Origin: Acidobacteriota bacterium
GTDB taxonomy: Bacteria; Acidobacteriota; UBA890; WLXD01
Reading direction: 5' to 3'
DNA: 64,000 nucleotides
NCBI GenBank assembly: GCA_965248695.1
Contig: CBDFKD010000002.1
Coordinates: 2,368,001-2,432,000 of the forward strand
Of this stretch, positions 48,302-58,376 are shown piece by piece (positions within the stretch are counted from its first letter, which is position 1; each line of letters starts with the position of its first letter). Under the pieces are notes generated by a model that was not told the DNA's origin, did not search any database, and saw only the letters and a program-made list of their open reading frames with translations. Position numbers and translations under genes: made by a program.

Positions 48302-49987
48302 ATGACGAGAAAGCGCTGCAGTCCTTCCGTTCGATCGGGGCGCTTCGATCGCCGTACGTTCCTCTCGGCCTCGATCGGCCTGGCGGGTGCCGCCGAGCTG
48401 TGGGCGCCAGGGCTGGCGGGAATCCGGCGTTGGGGTGCCCAGGGCGCGGCTGCCGCCCCCAGCCCGATCGTCGACACGACACTCGGGCGGGTACGCGGGC
48501 GCACGGCGCGCGGGGTGCACAGCTTCAAGGGCATCCCCTACGGCGCTCCGACGGGCGGTCGGAATCGCTTCATGCCACCGCGTCCGCGCGCCCTATGGGC
48601 CGGCGTCCTGGACGCCGTCGAATACGGCGCGAGCGCGCCGCAGCGCGGCGATCTACCTGGTCGAGACAATCTAGGTGTCCCTTTCGCAGGCAACGAGGAC
48701 TGCCTCGTGCTCAACGTGTGGACTCGCGGCGTCGGCGACGGCGCCGAACGCCCGGTCATGGTGTGGCTGCACAGCGGCGGGTTCAGCTCGGGCTCCGGCT
48801 CGACGGGTTGGTGCGACGGCACCAAGCTCTGCCTCGGGGGCGACGTCGTGGTCGTGACCCTGAACCACCGGCTGAATGCTTTCGGCTCCACATACCTCGC
48901 GGAGATCGGCGGGGCAGAGCTCAGAGACTCCGGCTGTGTAGGCATGCTCGACATCGTTGCGGCGCTCGGGTGGGTGCGCGACAACATCGAGAGGTTCGGT
49001 GGCGATCCGGGCAACGTCATGGTGTTCGGGGAGTCCGGTGGGGGTCGCAAGACGTCGACGCTCCTCTGCATGCCGGCCGCCCAGGGCCTGTTCCACCGCG
49101 CCGCCATCCAGAGCGGTGCGGTTCTGCGGGTGACCGACCCCGAGGACGCGACCGTGATCGCCTCGAGTGTCATGGCCAAGCTCGGGCTTCGCCCCGGACA
49201 GATCTCGGAGCTCCAGCAGGTGCCGGCGGATCGTTTCATGGCCGTCAGTGTCGAAGCGGCCGGCGAGCATCGGCCCAGACGACCGATCGTGGGTACCGCC
49301 CCCTTCACGCCGGTGCTCGACGGGCGGTCGATTCCCAGGCATCCGTTCGATCCCGAGGCACCAGAGATCTCCGCCGACGTTCCGGTGATGGTGGGCTGGA
49401 ATCGGACCGAGGAGACGCTCTACGCTCAGGGTCCACTACGAGAGGCGGATCTCGATCGAGCCGGCCTGCAGTCGAGGGTCGAGAATCGACTCGGCGAATC
49501 GACCGCCGCGCGGCGAGTGATCGAAGCGTACAGCCGGGCTCACCCGGCGGCCTCTCCTTGGGATCTCTACATCTTCATCGCCACCGATCATCCGCGCGGC
49601 ATGTATCCGCGAGAGCTGGCGAAGCGCAAGGCCGCGCAGGGCCGCGCGCCGGCGTATCTGTATCGTTTCGACTGGGAGCTCGACGACATGATGCTGGCCC
49701 CGCATTTTCTCGAGGTCCAATTCGTCTTCAACAATCTCGATCGTGCGGAGACGAGATACTTCGACATGCAACCCACGGCGGCGGCGCTGGCACTGGCCGA
49801 ACGGATGAGCGGCGCCTGGATGTCGTTCGCGCGCTCCGGGGACCCGAACACTGGGAACCTGCCGTCCTGGCCCGGGTACTCCGACACGACCCGCGACACT
49901 ATGATCTTCGACAACGAGAGTCGGACCGAGAGCGACCCGGAGCGCGAGCTCCGACTGGTGATGGAAGAGGTGCTTGGTCTGGCGTGA
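48302..49987 (+). CDS. Type B carboxylesterase with Tat signal
   Basis: FDRRTFL; FKGIPYG, EDCLVLNVW, NIERFGGDP and GESGG motifs. Confidence 0.9.
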   Translation: MTRKRCSPSVRSGRFDRRTFLSASIGLAGAAELWAPGLAGIRRWGAQGAAAAPSPIVDTTLGRVRGRTARGVHSFKGIPYGAPTGGRNRFMPPRPRALWAGVLDAVEYGASAPQRGDLPGRDNLGVPFAGNEDCLVLNVWTRGVGDGAERPVMVWLHSGGFSSGSGSTGWCDGTKLCLGGDVVVVTLNHRLNAFGSTYLAEIGGAELRDSGCVGMLDIVAALGWVRDNIERFGGDPGNVMVFGESGGGRKTSTLLCMPAAQGLFHRAAIQSGAVLRVTDPEDATVIASSVMAKLGLRPGQISELQQVPADRFMAVSVEAAGEHRPRRPIVGTAPFTPVLDGRSIPRHPFDPEAPEISADVPVMVGWNRTEETLYAQGPLREADLDRAGLQSRVENRLGESTAARRVIEAYSRAHPAASPWDLYIFIATDHPRGMYPRELAKRKAAQGRAPAYLYRFDWELDDMMLAPHFLEVQFVFNNLDRAETRYFDMQPTAAALALAERMSGAWMSFARSGDPNTGNLPSWPGYSDTTRDTMIFDNESRTESDPERELRLVMEEVLGLA

Positions 49988-50032
49988 CAACCGGTCCCGT
50001 AATCAGGGACCTGCCTGCTGGAGGCTGCCGGA

Positions 50033-51775
50033 ATGGGGTTGCGCGGCATAGTTGCGTTGATCGCCTTGGCCCAGGCGGCCATGGGAGCGGATGGCTCGCC
50101 GGCGGACATGGTTTTTGTGAATGGCGCCGTTTACACGGTTGATGCGGCGCGAAGCCGGGCGTCCGCGATGGTGGTGACCGGTGATCGGATCACCTATGTC
50201 GGCGACGATGCCACTGCGCGCGATTTCGTCGGCCCGGCGACACGTGTCGTCGACCTCGAGCGGCGCATGCTGCTGCCAGGCTTCCAGGACTCCCACGTAC
50301 ACCCCGGAATGGTTCCCAATCCGGCCGACTACGTGAGGCTCGACGGCCTGATTCGGCGCCAGGACGTACTCGAGAGGATTCGGCAGTATGCCCAGGCGCG
50401 TCCCGACAAACCCTGGATAGAGGGCGGCGGCTGGGACGAGACGGCGTTTCTTCCTAGCGGCCTGCCCACCCGGGAGATGCTCGATAGCGTGGTCCCTGAC
50501 CGACCCGCGTATCTGGTCAACAACTCCGGCCACGGCGGTTGGGCCAATTCGCTGGCGCTGGCGGCAGCGGGCATCAACGCAGATACGCCCGACCCGCCCA
50601 ACGGACGAATCGAGCGCGACGCAGACGGTCAGCCGACGGGCGCCCTGCACGAGGAGTCGGCAATGGCGCTGGTCGACGCCGTCATTGCGCCGCTGACGCC
50701 CGACGCGCGCGTGCGGAATCTGTCGGCGGCACTGGACGAAATGAGTCGACTGGGCATCACGGCGCTCGAGGACGCCATGGCCACTCCCGAGATCGCGCGC
50801 GCCTACAAGACGCTGGACGCGCGCGGCAAGCTGCACCAGCGCACCAACCTGTGTCTGCCCCACAGCCCCGACGAAGACGATGACGCCCAGATCGAGTCGT
50901 TTCTGGCCCAGCGCGACGAGCTTGCAGGTCGCCGGTTACGGGCCGGCTGTGTGAAGCTCTTTCTCGACGGCGCCTACGGGTCTCACACGGTCGTCTTGCT
51001 CGAGCCGTACAGCGACGATCCAGACACGTACGGTAAGGGTGAGCTCTTCATCGAGCAGAGCCGACTCGACCGTCTTGTCACCCGCCTGGACGCCGAGGGT
51101 TTTCGGGTACACGCGCACGCTCAAGGCGACGGCGCCGTGCGTGCCGCACTCGACGCCTTTGCCGAGGCTCGTCGGCACAACGGCTTCCGCGACAACCGGC
51201 ACACCATCGCCCACCTGTGTCTGATCGACGCCGCCGACATCCAGCGTTTCAGGACCCTCGGTGTGATCGCCAACATGACCCCACTGTGGAGCCTTGGCGA
51301 CGCCTGGGAAACGGTGTTTGCGCCACGTCTATTCGGGCCGGAGCGCAGCCAGCGCATCTTCCAGACCCGGACGCTCCTGGGCTCGGGCGTGATTGTCGCC
51401 TGGGGTTCCGACTGGGATGTCACCGGGGTTTCACCCCTCGACGGCCTCGAGACCGCGACCACCCACCGCTATCCCGGCGGCATAGATCTCGCCGGCAACG
51501 AGGACAGCGCCTGGCTTCCTGAGGAGCGGGTCAGCCTGGAGCAAGCTATCGTCGCCTACACCAGCGCCGGGGCGTATCTCATGCACGCCGACAGCACGAG
51601 AGGATCGCTCTCGGCAGGCAAGCTGGCTGACTTCGTCGTTCTGGACAGCAACCTCTTCGAAAGAGCTCCCCTGGAGATCCACACCGTGCAGGTCGACATG
51701 ACGGTCGTCGGTGGACAGTTGGTGTACACGGCGCCTGTCCCGGCTTCACCAAGCGATGCTGGCCCTTCCCGCTGA
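50033..51775 (+). CDS. Amidohydrolase family 3 (YtcJ/NfdA-like), secreted
   Basis: PGFQDSHVH, KLFLDG, HAQGD, GSDW and GSLSAGKLADFVVL motifs. Confidence 0.88.
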   Translation: MGLRGIVALIALAQAAMGADGSPADMVFVNGAVYTVDAARSRASAMVVTGDRITYVGDDATARDFVGPATRVVDLERRMLLPGFQDSHVHPGMVPNPADYVRLDGLIRRQDVLERIRQYAQARPDKPWIEGGGWDETAFLPSGLPTREMLDSVVPDRPAYLVNNSGHGGWANSLALAAAGINADTPDPPNGRIERDADGQPTGALHEESAMALVDAVIAPLTPDARVRNLSAALDEMSRLGITALEDAMATPEIARAYKTLDARGKLHQRTNLCLPHSPDEDDDAQIESFLAQRDELAGRRLRAGCVKLFLDGAYGSHTVVLLEPYSDDPDTYGKGELFIEQSRLDRLVTRLDAEGFRVHAHAQGDGAVRAALDAFAEARRHNGFRDNRHTIAHLCLIDAADIQRFRTLGVIANMTPLWSLGDAWETVFAPRLFGPERSQRIFQTRTLLGSGVIVAWGSDWDVTGVSPLDGLETATTHRYPGGIDLAGNEDSAWLPEERVSLEQAIVAYTSAGAYLMHADSTRGSLSAGKLADFVVLDSNLFERAPLEIHTVQVDMTVVGGQLVYTAPVPASPSDAGPSR

Positions 51776-51829
51776 CCGAGGCACGGAGAAGCGTTTCTGC
51801 GCCTCTGAACCGACGATCGTGGCGATCGC

Positions 51830-53254
51830 GTGGCCTTCCTCACCATGAAACTCCCAACTCGGCGAGGTCCCCGCGAGGCACGGCGCATGCCCGTCTGCGC
51901 TCTCCTCCTTCTCATGATCGCGGGGAGTGCCGCGATTCCCAGCGCACCGCACACTCAAGCTGGCGTCACCGCCCTCACGGAAGGAAGCGATTGGCCCCGC
52001 TTCCTCGGACCGACCGACGACGGCAAGTCCCCGGAAACCGGGATTCTCACGGACTGGGGTGAGTCAGGTCCGCCGCTGGTTTGGGAGCACGTCGCCGGGG
52101 AGGGCTACCCCGGCGCGGTAGTGGCCGCGGGGCGGCTGTTCTTTTTCGATCACCACGATGGCCAGAATCGACTGGTTTGCCTGGATCCCGAGACCGGTGC
52201 CGAAGTGTGGAGGAGTGAGCACCCCTCCTTTTACAGGGACTTCTACGGCTACAATCGCGGCCCGCGCACCGCGCCGGTGGTGGACGGCGAGCGAGTGTTC
52301 ACCTTTGGCGTCGAGGGCACGCTCCGCGCCCACCACGTGACCGACGGCCGCACGCTGTGGGAGGTCGATACCGCCGAGCGTTTCGGCATGGTGCAGAACT
52401 TCTTCGGTGCGGGCAGCTCGCCGATCGTCGAGGGTGATCTTCTGATCGCGATGGTGGGAGGTAGCCCGCCAGGCAGCCCCGACGCCCACTCGGGCCAGGT
52501 CGTGGGCAACGGCACCGGGATCGTCGCGTTCGACAAGGCGACCGGTGAGATCCACTATACGATCAGCGATGAGCTCGCCAGCTACGCTAGCCCCGTGATT
52601 AGGACGATCGCCGGCAGGCGCTGGGGCTTGGTGTTCGCCCGCGGAGGCCTCGTCGGATTCAACCCGACCGACGGGACCATCGACTTCCACTTCCCGTGGA
52701 GGACGCGCCAGCTGCAGAGCGTCAACGCGTCGAACCCTGTGGTCGTCGACGACACGGTGTTCATCACCGAAGCCTACGGCCGCGGCGGAGCGCTGCTGCG
52801 GGTCGAGCCCGGTGGCTACGAGGTTATCTGGCAGGACGGACGACGAGATCAGAGCCTGGCCACTCACTTCGGCAATGTCATCTACCACGACGGGATTCTG
52901 TACGGGTCGCACGGCCGCCACGAGGGCCCCGCGGAGTTGCGCGCCGTCGACCACGCCAACGGCGAGATCCGGTGGCGCGTGCGCGGCGTTCTCTGGACGA
53001 GTCTGCTTTACGTGGACGGACATCTCATCGTCCTGAGCTCGGACGGCAGCTTGCACCTCGTAGAGGCCACACCGGAGGCCGTCCGAGCCAAAGCGTCGGT
53101 CAAACCGGCCCGGGCCGACGGGACCGCACTCCTGAGAACGCCCGCCTGGAGCCCGCCGGTACTGTCGCACGGCCTGCTCTATCTGAGAGGAAGGGACAGG
53201 CTGATCGCGTTGGAGTTGATCCCCGGACGTAGTCGAAGGCCGTTCGATTCCTAG
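51830..53254 (+). CDS. PQQ-binding-like beta-propeller repeat protein
   Basis: DWPRFLGP, GPRTAPVVDG, SYASP and WSPPVLSHGLLYLRG motifs. Start is uncertain. Confidence 0.82.
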   Translation: MAFLTMKLPTRRGPREARRMPVCALLLLMIAGSAAIPSAPHTQAGVTALTEGSDWPRFLGPTDDGKSPETGILTDWGESGPPLVWEHVAGEGYPGAVVAAGRLFFFDHHDGQNRLVCLDPETGAEVWRSEHPSFYRDFYGYNRGPRTAPVVDGERVFTFGVEGTLRAHHVTDGRTLWEVDTAERFGMVQNFFGAGSSPIVEGDLLIAMVGGSPPGSPDAHSGQVVGNGTGIVAFDKATGEIHYTISDELASYASPVIRTIAGRRWGLVFARGGLVGFNPTDGTIDFHFPWRTRQLQSVNASNPVVVDDTVFITEAYGRGGALLRVEPGGYEVIWQDGRRDQSLATHFGNVIYHDGILYGSHGRHEGPAELRAVDHANGEIRWRVRGVLWTSLLYVDGHLIVLSSDGSLHLVEATPEAVRAKASVKPARADGTALLRTPAWSPPVLSHGLLYLRGRDRLIALELIPGRSRRPFDS

Positions 53255-53317
53255 TCCCGACAAATGAGTCCGGTCTTGGCCGTAAACTAGAGCAGGATCC
53301 GCTGAGGGAGCTCGCTC

Positions 53318-54751
53318 GTGGGCATCGACCAAACCATCGACCAGTTCATGCGGCCGCTCGCGGACGCGATCTACGGCTTCGTCTTCTACGCCGTGCCGGT
53401 AGCCGACGCAGAGCTGCCGCTGATCGTGGTGTGGCTGATCGCCGGGGGGCTCTTCTTCACGCTGTATCTGCGATTCATCAACTTCCGCGGATTCCGACAC
53501 GCGCTGCACCTCGTCAGCGGCCGCTACGCCGACCCGCTGCACCCGGGGGAGGTCACGCACTTCCAGGCGTTGGCGACGGCGTTGTCCGGCACCGTCGGCA
53601 TCGGCAACATCGCCGGCGTCGCGGTGGCGATCTCGGTCGGTGGGCCGGGCGCGACGCTATGGATGATCATCGCCGGCCTGCTGGGGATGAGCACCAAGTT
53701 CGCCGAGTGCACCCTGGCGGTGAAGTTCAGGCACGAGCACGAAGACCGCTCGGTCAGCGGCGGACCGATGTACTTCCTGGAGAGAGGGCTCGCGCTGCGA
53801 GAACTGCCGCGCGTGGGCCGCGCTCTCGGGATCTTCTACGCCGCCGCGATGATCCTCGGGTGCCTCGGAATCGGGAACATGTTCCAGTCCAACCAGGCCG
53901 CGGCGATCCTGATCGACGTCACCGGAGGCGCGGACAGCTTCTTCTTCGGCAGGGCCTGGTTGCTGGGGCTGGCGATGGCGGTCGTCGTGGCGCTGGTGAT
54001 CGTCGGTGGCATCCAGAGCATCGCCAAGACCACGTCGAAGCTGGTCCCGTTCATGGCGGTGCTGTACTTGCTCTCGGCGCTGCTCATCCTGGTTCTCAAC
54101 TTCGAGCGGCTGCCCGGGGCGGTGGGGCAGATCTGGCAGGGCGCATTTGCGCCGGAATCGATCGGTGGCGGCCTGATCGGCGTCATGATCGTCGGCTTCC
54201 GGCGTGCGGTGTTCTCGAACGAAGCCGGCCTCGGCTCCGCGGCGATCGCGCACTCCGCGGTGCGTACCGACGAGCCCGTGACCGAAGGCTTCGTCGCCCT
54301 GCTGGAGCCGTTCATCGATACCGTCGTGATCTGCACGATGACCGCGCTCGTCATCGTGACGACGGTCTACGACCCGGCGATGGCGTCGACCGAGGTGAGC
54401 GGAATCCAGCTGACGACGGACGCGTTCGCGAGCACGTTGTCATGGTCGCCGGTTCCGCTGTCGATCGCCGCCGTGCTCTTCGCGTTCTCGACGATGCTGT
54501 CCTGGAGCTACTACGGCCTCAAGTCGTTCACGTACCTTGCAGGACATGGTCCGGTCGCCGAGATCGGCTTCAAGCTTTTCTTCTGCCTCTTCATCGTCCT
54601 GGGCAGCAGCATCCAGCTCGGCGCGCTCATCGACCTGTCGGACGCGCTGATCTTCCTGGTGGCGATCCCGAATCTCGCCGGGCTCTACCTGCTCGCCCCG
54701 GTCTTGAAGGAGGAGCTGATCTCGTATCGCGAACGCCTCGGGCGCTACTAG
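53318..54751 (+). CDS. Alanine/glycine:cation symporter (AGCS family)
   Basis: HFQALATALSGTVGIGNIAGVA, GGPGA, GGPMY and FSNEAGLGSA motifs. Confidence 0.92.
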   Translation: MGIDQTIDQFMRPLADAIYGFVFYAVPVADAELPLIVVWLIAGGLFFTLYLRFINFRGFRHALHLVSGRYADPLHPGEVTHFQALATALSGTVGIGNIAGVAVAISVGGPGATLWMIIAGLLGMSTKFAECTLAVKFRHEHEDRSVSGGPMYFLERGLALRELPRVGRALGIFYAAAMILGCLGIGNMFQSNQAAAILIDVTGGADSFFFGRAWLLGLAMAVVVALVIVGGIQSIAKTTSKLVPFMAVLYLLSALLILVLNFERLPGAVGQIWQGAFAPESIGGGLIGVMIVGFRRAVFSNEAGLGSAAIAHSAVRTDEPVTEGFVALLEPFIDTVVICTMTALVIVTTVYDPAMASTEVSGIQLTTDAFASTLSWSPVPLSIAAVLFAFSTMLSWSYYGLKSFTYLAGHGPVAEIGFKLFFCLFIVLGSSIQLGALIDLSDALIFLVAIPNLAGLYLLAPVLKEELISYRERLGRY

Positions 54752-54878
54752 TGGCCTGTGCGCGACCGGGCCGCGCAGTACGATCGCGAGCCTCGAACCA
54801 AGCACGGGCCGCTGAGAGACACCGGGGCGGACCGTCGCGACCACCGATCGTCGGCGGCTATAGGAACAGGGAGGCTCT

Positions 54879-56588
54879 ATGAACAGATCGAGACGAGCCG
54901 TCGTCGTCGCTACGCTCACGCTCGTCGTCGGCTCCGGAGCCTGCACTCCAGGGGGCGACGCGGGGCCGCAGGCCGACACGATTTTCTTCGGCGACAACAT
55001 CGTCACGATGGACCCCGCCATGCCGTCCGTGGACGCGGTGGCGGTCACCGGCGAGACGATCACGGCCACCGGCACGCTCGACGAGATCATGGCGCTACAG
55101 GGCGCTTCGACGCGCGTCGTCGACCTCGGTGAGGATGCGCTGCTGCCCGGCTTCATCGACGCACACGGTCACTTCCTCGGAGCCGGGCGCGCCCTCGTTG
55201 CTCTGGGGCTCCACTCCCCGCCCGTGGGGGATGTGACCAACATCGACGAGCTGGTCGCCAAGATTCGCCGCTGGATCGAGGAGAAGGAGATCCCGCCAGG
55301 TGAGGTCGTCTCCGGCAGGGGCTACGACGACTCATTGCTCGACGAGAAACGCCACCCGACGCGCTTCGATCTCGATCGAGCGTCGACCGAGCACCCGATC
55401 GTGCTCGTTCACGTGTCGGGGCATCTCAGTGCAGCCAACTCCGCAGCGCTCGCGGCGAGCAACATTACCGCCGACACACCCGACCCCGAGGGGGGCCATA
55501 TCAGGCGGGTCGAAGGCTCGACGGAGCCGAACGGCGTCTTCGAGGAGAGCGCCGTGCGGCTCCTGGTCGCCGGAGACTCGTCGTCGACACCCGAGGAATC
55601 TGACGAGCTGATTCGCAAGTCGATCGGCGTCTATCTCGCCTACGGCACCACCACGATCCAGAACGGTGGCGGCACCAGCCCGGAGATGGTCGAGACGATC
55701 CGCGCCGCCGCCGAGCGAGAACCGCTGCTCGCCGACGTGGCGGTCTTCACGCGCGCCGACGCGATCCTGGAGGATCGGCTCCAGTACGAGCCGCGCTACC
55801 AAAACGGCTTCCGCGTCGCGGGCGTCAAGTTCGTGCTCGACGGCTCGCCCCAAGGGCGCACGGCATGGATCACCGAGCCGTACGAGGAAGGACCGCCCGG
55901 GGCGCCGGCAGACTACCGGGCGTACGGGACGATGGATCCGGCTGTCTACAAAACCCAGGCAGCGGCGCTGATCGAGCGGGGCGTGCCCTTCCTGGCCCAC
56001 GGCAACGGCGACGCTGCGATGGACCTGATGCTCGACGGCGTCGACGAGGCGGTCTCCAGCATGGACGTGGCGCCGGATCACCGTTCGGTGATCATCCACG
56101 CGCAGCTCATGCGCGCCGACCAGCTCGACCGCGCCGCCGAGCTGAGCGTCGTGCCCTCGTTCTTTGCCGCGCACACCTTCTTCTGGGGCGACTGGCACCG
56201 GATCAGCTTCGGCGAGGAGCGAGGCAACAACATCAGCCCGGTACGCTGGGCAATCGACCGCGGCGTGAGCTTCACCGTGCACAACGACGCCTCGGTCGTC
56301 CCGCCGAACATGATGCACCTGATCTCGATCACCGTGAACCGGAAGACCCGCAGCGGTCACGTGCTCGGACCGCATCAGCGAGCGACGATCCAGGAGGCGC
56401 TGCACGCGGTCACGCTCGGCGCCGCGTATCAATACTTCGAAGAGGACCGGAAGGGCTCGATCACGGTGGGGAAGCAGGCAGATCTGGTGATCCTGGGGCA
56501 GAACCCGCTCACCGCAGATCCGGCCGAGCTCGAGAACATCCCGATCATGGAGACGTTTTCTCGGGGTCGGTCGGTCTACACTCGATGA
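54879..56588 (+). CDS. Amidohydrolase family 3, probable lipoprotein
   Basis: GGAGG RBS; SGAC lipobox; PGFIDAHGH, KFVLDGSPQG, HGNGD and KGSITVGKQADLVIL motifs. Confidence 0.88.
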   Translation: MNRSRRAVVVATLTLVVGSGACTPGGDAGPQADTIFFGDNIVTMDPAMPSVDAVAVTGETITATGTLDEIMALQGASTRVVDLGEDALLPGFIDAHGHFLGAGRALVALGLHSPPVGDVTNIDELVAKIRRWIEEKEIPPGEVVSGRGYDDSLLDEKRHPTRFDLDRASTEHPIVLVHVSGHLSAANSAALAASNITADTPDPEGGHIRRVEGSTEPNGVFEESAVRLLVAGDSSSTPEESDELIRKSIGVYLAYGTTTIQNGGGTSPEMVETIRAAAEREPLLADVAVFTRADAILEDRLQYEPRYQNGFRVAGVKFVLDGSPQGRTAWITEPYEEGPPGAPADYRAYGTMDPAVYKTQAAALIERGVPFLAHGNGDAAMDLMLDGVDEAVSSMDVAPDHRSVIIHAQLMRADQLDRAAELSVVPSFFAAHTFFWGDWHRISFGEERGNNISPVRWAIDRGVSFTVHNDASVVPPNMMHLISITVNRKTRSGHVLGPHQRATIQEALHAVTLGAAYQYFEEDRKGSITVGKQADLVILGQNPLTADPAELENIPIMETFSRGRSVYTR

Positions 56589-56621
56589 CGGTCTCGGGAT
56601 GAATCTGGCACAGGAGATGGA

Positions 56622-58355
56622 ATGCCGAAGCAAAGGATGACCCCCTCCGAGGCCCTCGTCGAAACGCTCGTCGCGGAGGGCGTGACCGATGTGTTCGGGC
56701 TCGTAGGCTCGGCGTTCATGGACGCGCTCGACCTCCTTCCGGATGCGGGCATCCGTTTCATCCCGGTGGCCCACGAGCAGGCCGCGGCGCACGCCGCCGA
56801 TGGTCTCGCCAGGGTCACCGGCATGCCTCAGACGTGTCTCGCTCAGAACGGCCCGGGCGCCGCGAATTTCGTTTCCGCGATCGCCGCCGCGTACTGGGCG
56901 CACTCTCCGGTCGTCGCCATCACACCTGAGGCCGGCTCCGGCGGAATCGGCACGGGCGGCTTCCAGGAGCTCGACCAGATGGCGATGTTCGCCGAGCAGA
57001 CCGTGTATCAGGTGAGGGTCAACCGGCCCGACCGCATGGCCGAGCTCACCCGGCGCTGCTTCTATCGCGCCAAGCTCGAGCTCGGCCCGACGCAGCTCAA
57101 CATCCCGCGGGATTACTTCTTCGGCGACACCGAGCAGGAGATCTTTGCCACCCCGACGCTCGGCCCGGGCCGTCCGCGCCGAGAGGAGATCGCGGAAGCC
57201 GTGCGCCTCCTGGAGAAGGCCAAGTACCCGGTGATCATCTCCGGCGGCGGCGTCAGCCAGGGAGAGGCGCTCGCCGAGGTCGCAGCGCTCGCCGAGCACC
57301 TTAGCGCGCCGGTGGTCAGCACGTACCTGCACAACGATACGTTTCCCTACACCCACCCGCTCGGCTGCGGGCCGCTCGGCTACCTCGGGTCGAAGGCCGC
57401 GATGCGCACCCTCGCCAAGGCGGACGTGGTGTTGGCGCTCGGCACCAGGCTCGGGGTGTTCGGGCTGCTCCCGCAGTACGACATGGCGTACTGGCCCGAG
57501 GACGCTGTTCTGATCCAGATCGACCGCGACGCGAAGCAGTGGGGGCTCAGCAAGGTCCCGGATCTCTTCTCGGTGGCCGACGTGAAGGAGTACACGACGG
57601 AGCTAGTCGGAGCGCTGAAGGCAGCGGGACCGGCCCGTGCGAAGGACGAGGACCGCCTCGCCGACGTCGCCCGCGAGAAGGCCGAGTGGGACGGCGAGCT
57701 CGAGGAGCGGTCGTCTTCGACCAACGCGCTCATGCACCCGAGGCGTTTCCTCTGGGAGCTGCAGCTGGCGCTCCCCGACGACGCCCTCGTCGCCACCGAC
57801 ATCGGCAACACCTGCTCCATCACGAACGGGTACCTGCGCGGCTTCAAGGGGGGGCGCCAGCACCTCGCCGCGCTCACCTGGGGCAATTGCGGATTCGCCT
57901 ACGGCTGCGCGATGGGCGCCAAGGTCGGCAAGCCGCAGGCGCCGGTGTTAGCCATGCAGGGCGATGGTGCCTGGGGAATCAGCGGCCTCTCGGAGGTGAT
58001 GACCGCCGTTCGGGAGAAGATCCCCGTCATCGCGATCGTCATGAACAACCACGAGTGGGGCGCCGAGAAGAAGAATCAGATCGACTTCTACGACAACCGC
58101 TTCGTCGCCGTCGACCTGCCAGACAACCCCGACTACGCCAAGGTCGCCGAGGCGATGGGCGCCAAGGGCTACACCGTAGACGACTACCGGAACGTCCAGG
58201 ACGTGGTGCGGGACGCCATTGCTTCCGGCGAGCCTTGCGTCATCAACGCGATCGTCGAGGGTGGGGAGAACGTGCTGGCGGCGCCCTTCCGCCGCGATGC
58301 AATGGCGACACCGACCCGTCATCTGGACAAGTACGCACACCTGGATCTGAACTAA
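56622..58355 (+). CDS. xsc: Sulfoacetaldehyde acetyltransferase (ThDP-dependent)
   Basis: MTPSEALVETL, GSAFMDALD, AQNGPG, TDIGN, GDGAWG..N and WGAEKKNQIDFY motifs; adjacent to tpa. Confidence 0.9.
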   Translation: MPKQRMTPSEALVETLVAEGVTDVFGLVGSAFMDALDLLPDAGIRFIPVAHEQAAAHAADGLARVTGMPQTCLAQNGPGAANFVSAIAAAYWAHSPVVAITPEAGSGGIGTGGFQELDQMAMFAEQTVYQVRVNRPDRMAELTRRCFYRAKLELGPTQLNIPRDYFFGDTEQEIFATPTLGPGRPRREEIAEAVRLLEKAKYPVIISGGGVSQGEALAEVAALAEHLSAPVVSTYLHNDTFPYTHPLGCGPLGYLGSKAAMRTLAKADVVLALGTRLGVFGLLPQYDMAYWPEDAVLIQIDRDAKQWGLSKVPDLFSVADVKEYTTELVGALKAAGPARAKDEDRLADVAREKAEWDGELEERSSSTNALMHPRRFLWELQLALPDDALVATDIGNTCSITNGYLRGFKGGRQHLAALTWGNCGFAYGCAMGAKVGKPQAPVLAMQGDGAWGISGLSEVMTAVREKIPVIAIVMNNHEWGAEKKNQIDFYDNRFVAVDLPDNPDYAKVAEAMGAKGYTVDDYRNVQDVVRDAIASGEPCVINAIVEGGENVLAAPFRRDAMATPTRHLDKYAHLDLN

Positions 58356-58376
58356 ATCATCTGTTGGAGGCCACCA

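Noticed and set aside
55332-57356. Long alternative ORFs such as 55332..57356(-), 48187..50142(+), 52064..53560(-) and 30371..31696(+)
   Set aside because: They are antisense or out-of-frame shadows of well-supported genes, which is expected in high-GC DNA, and they carry no family motifs.
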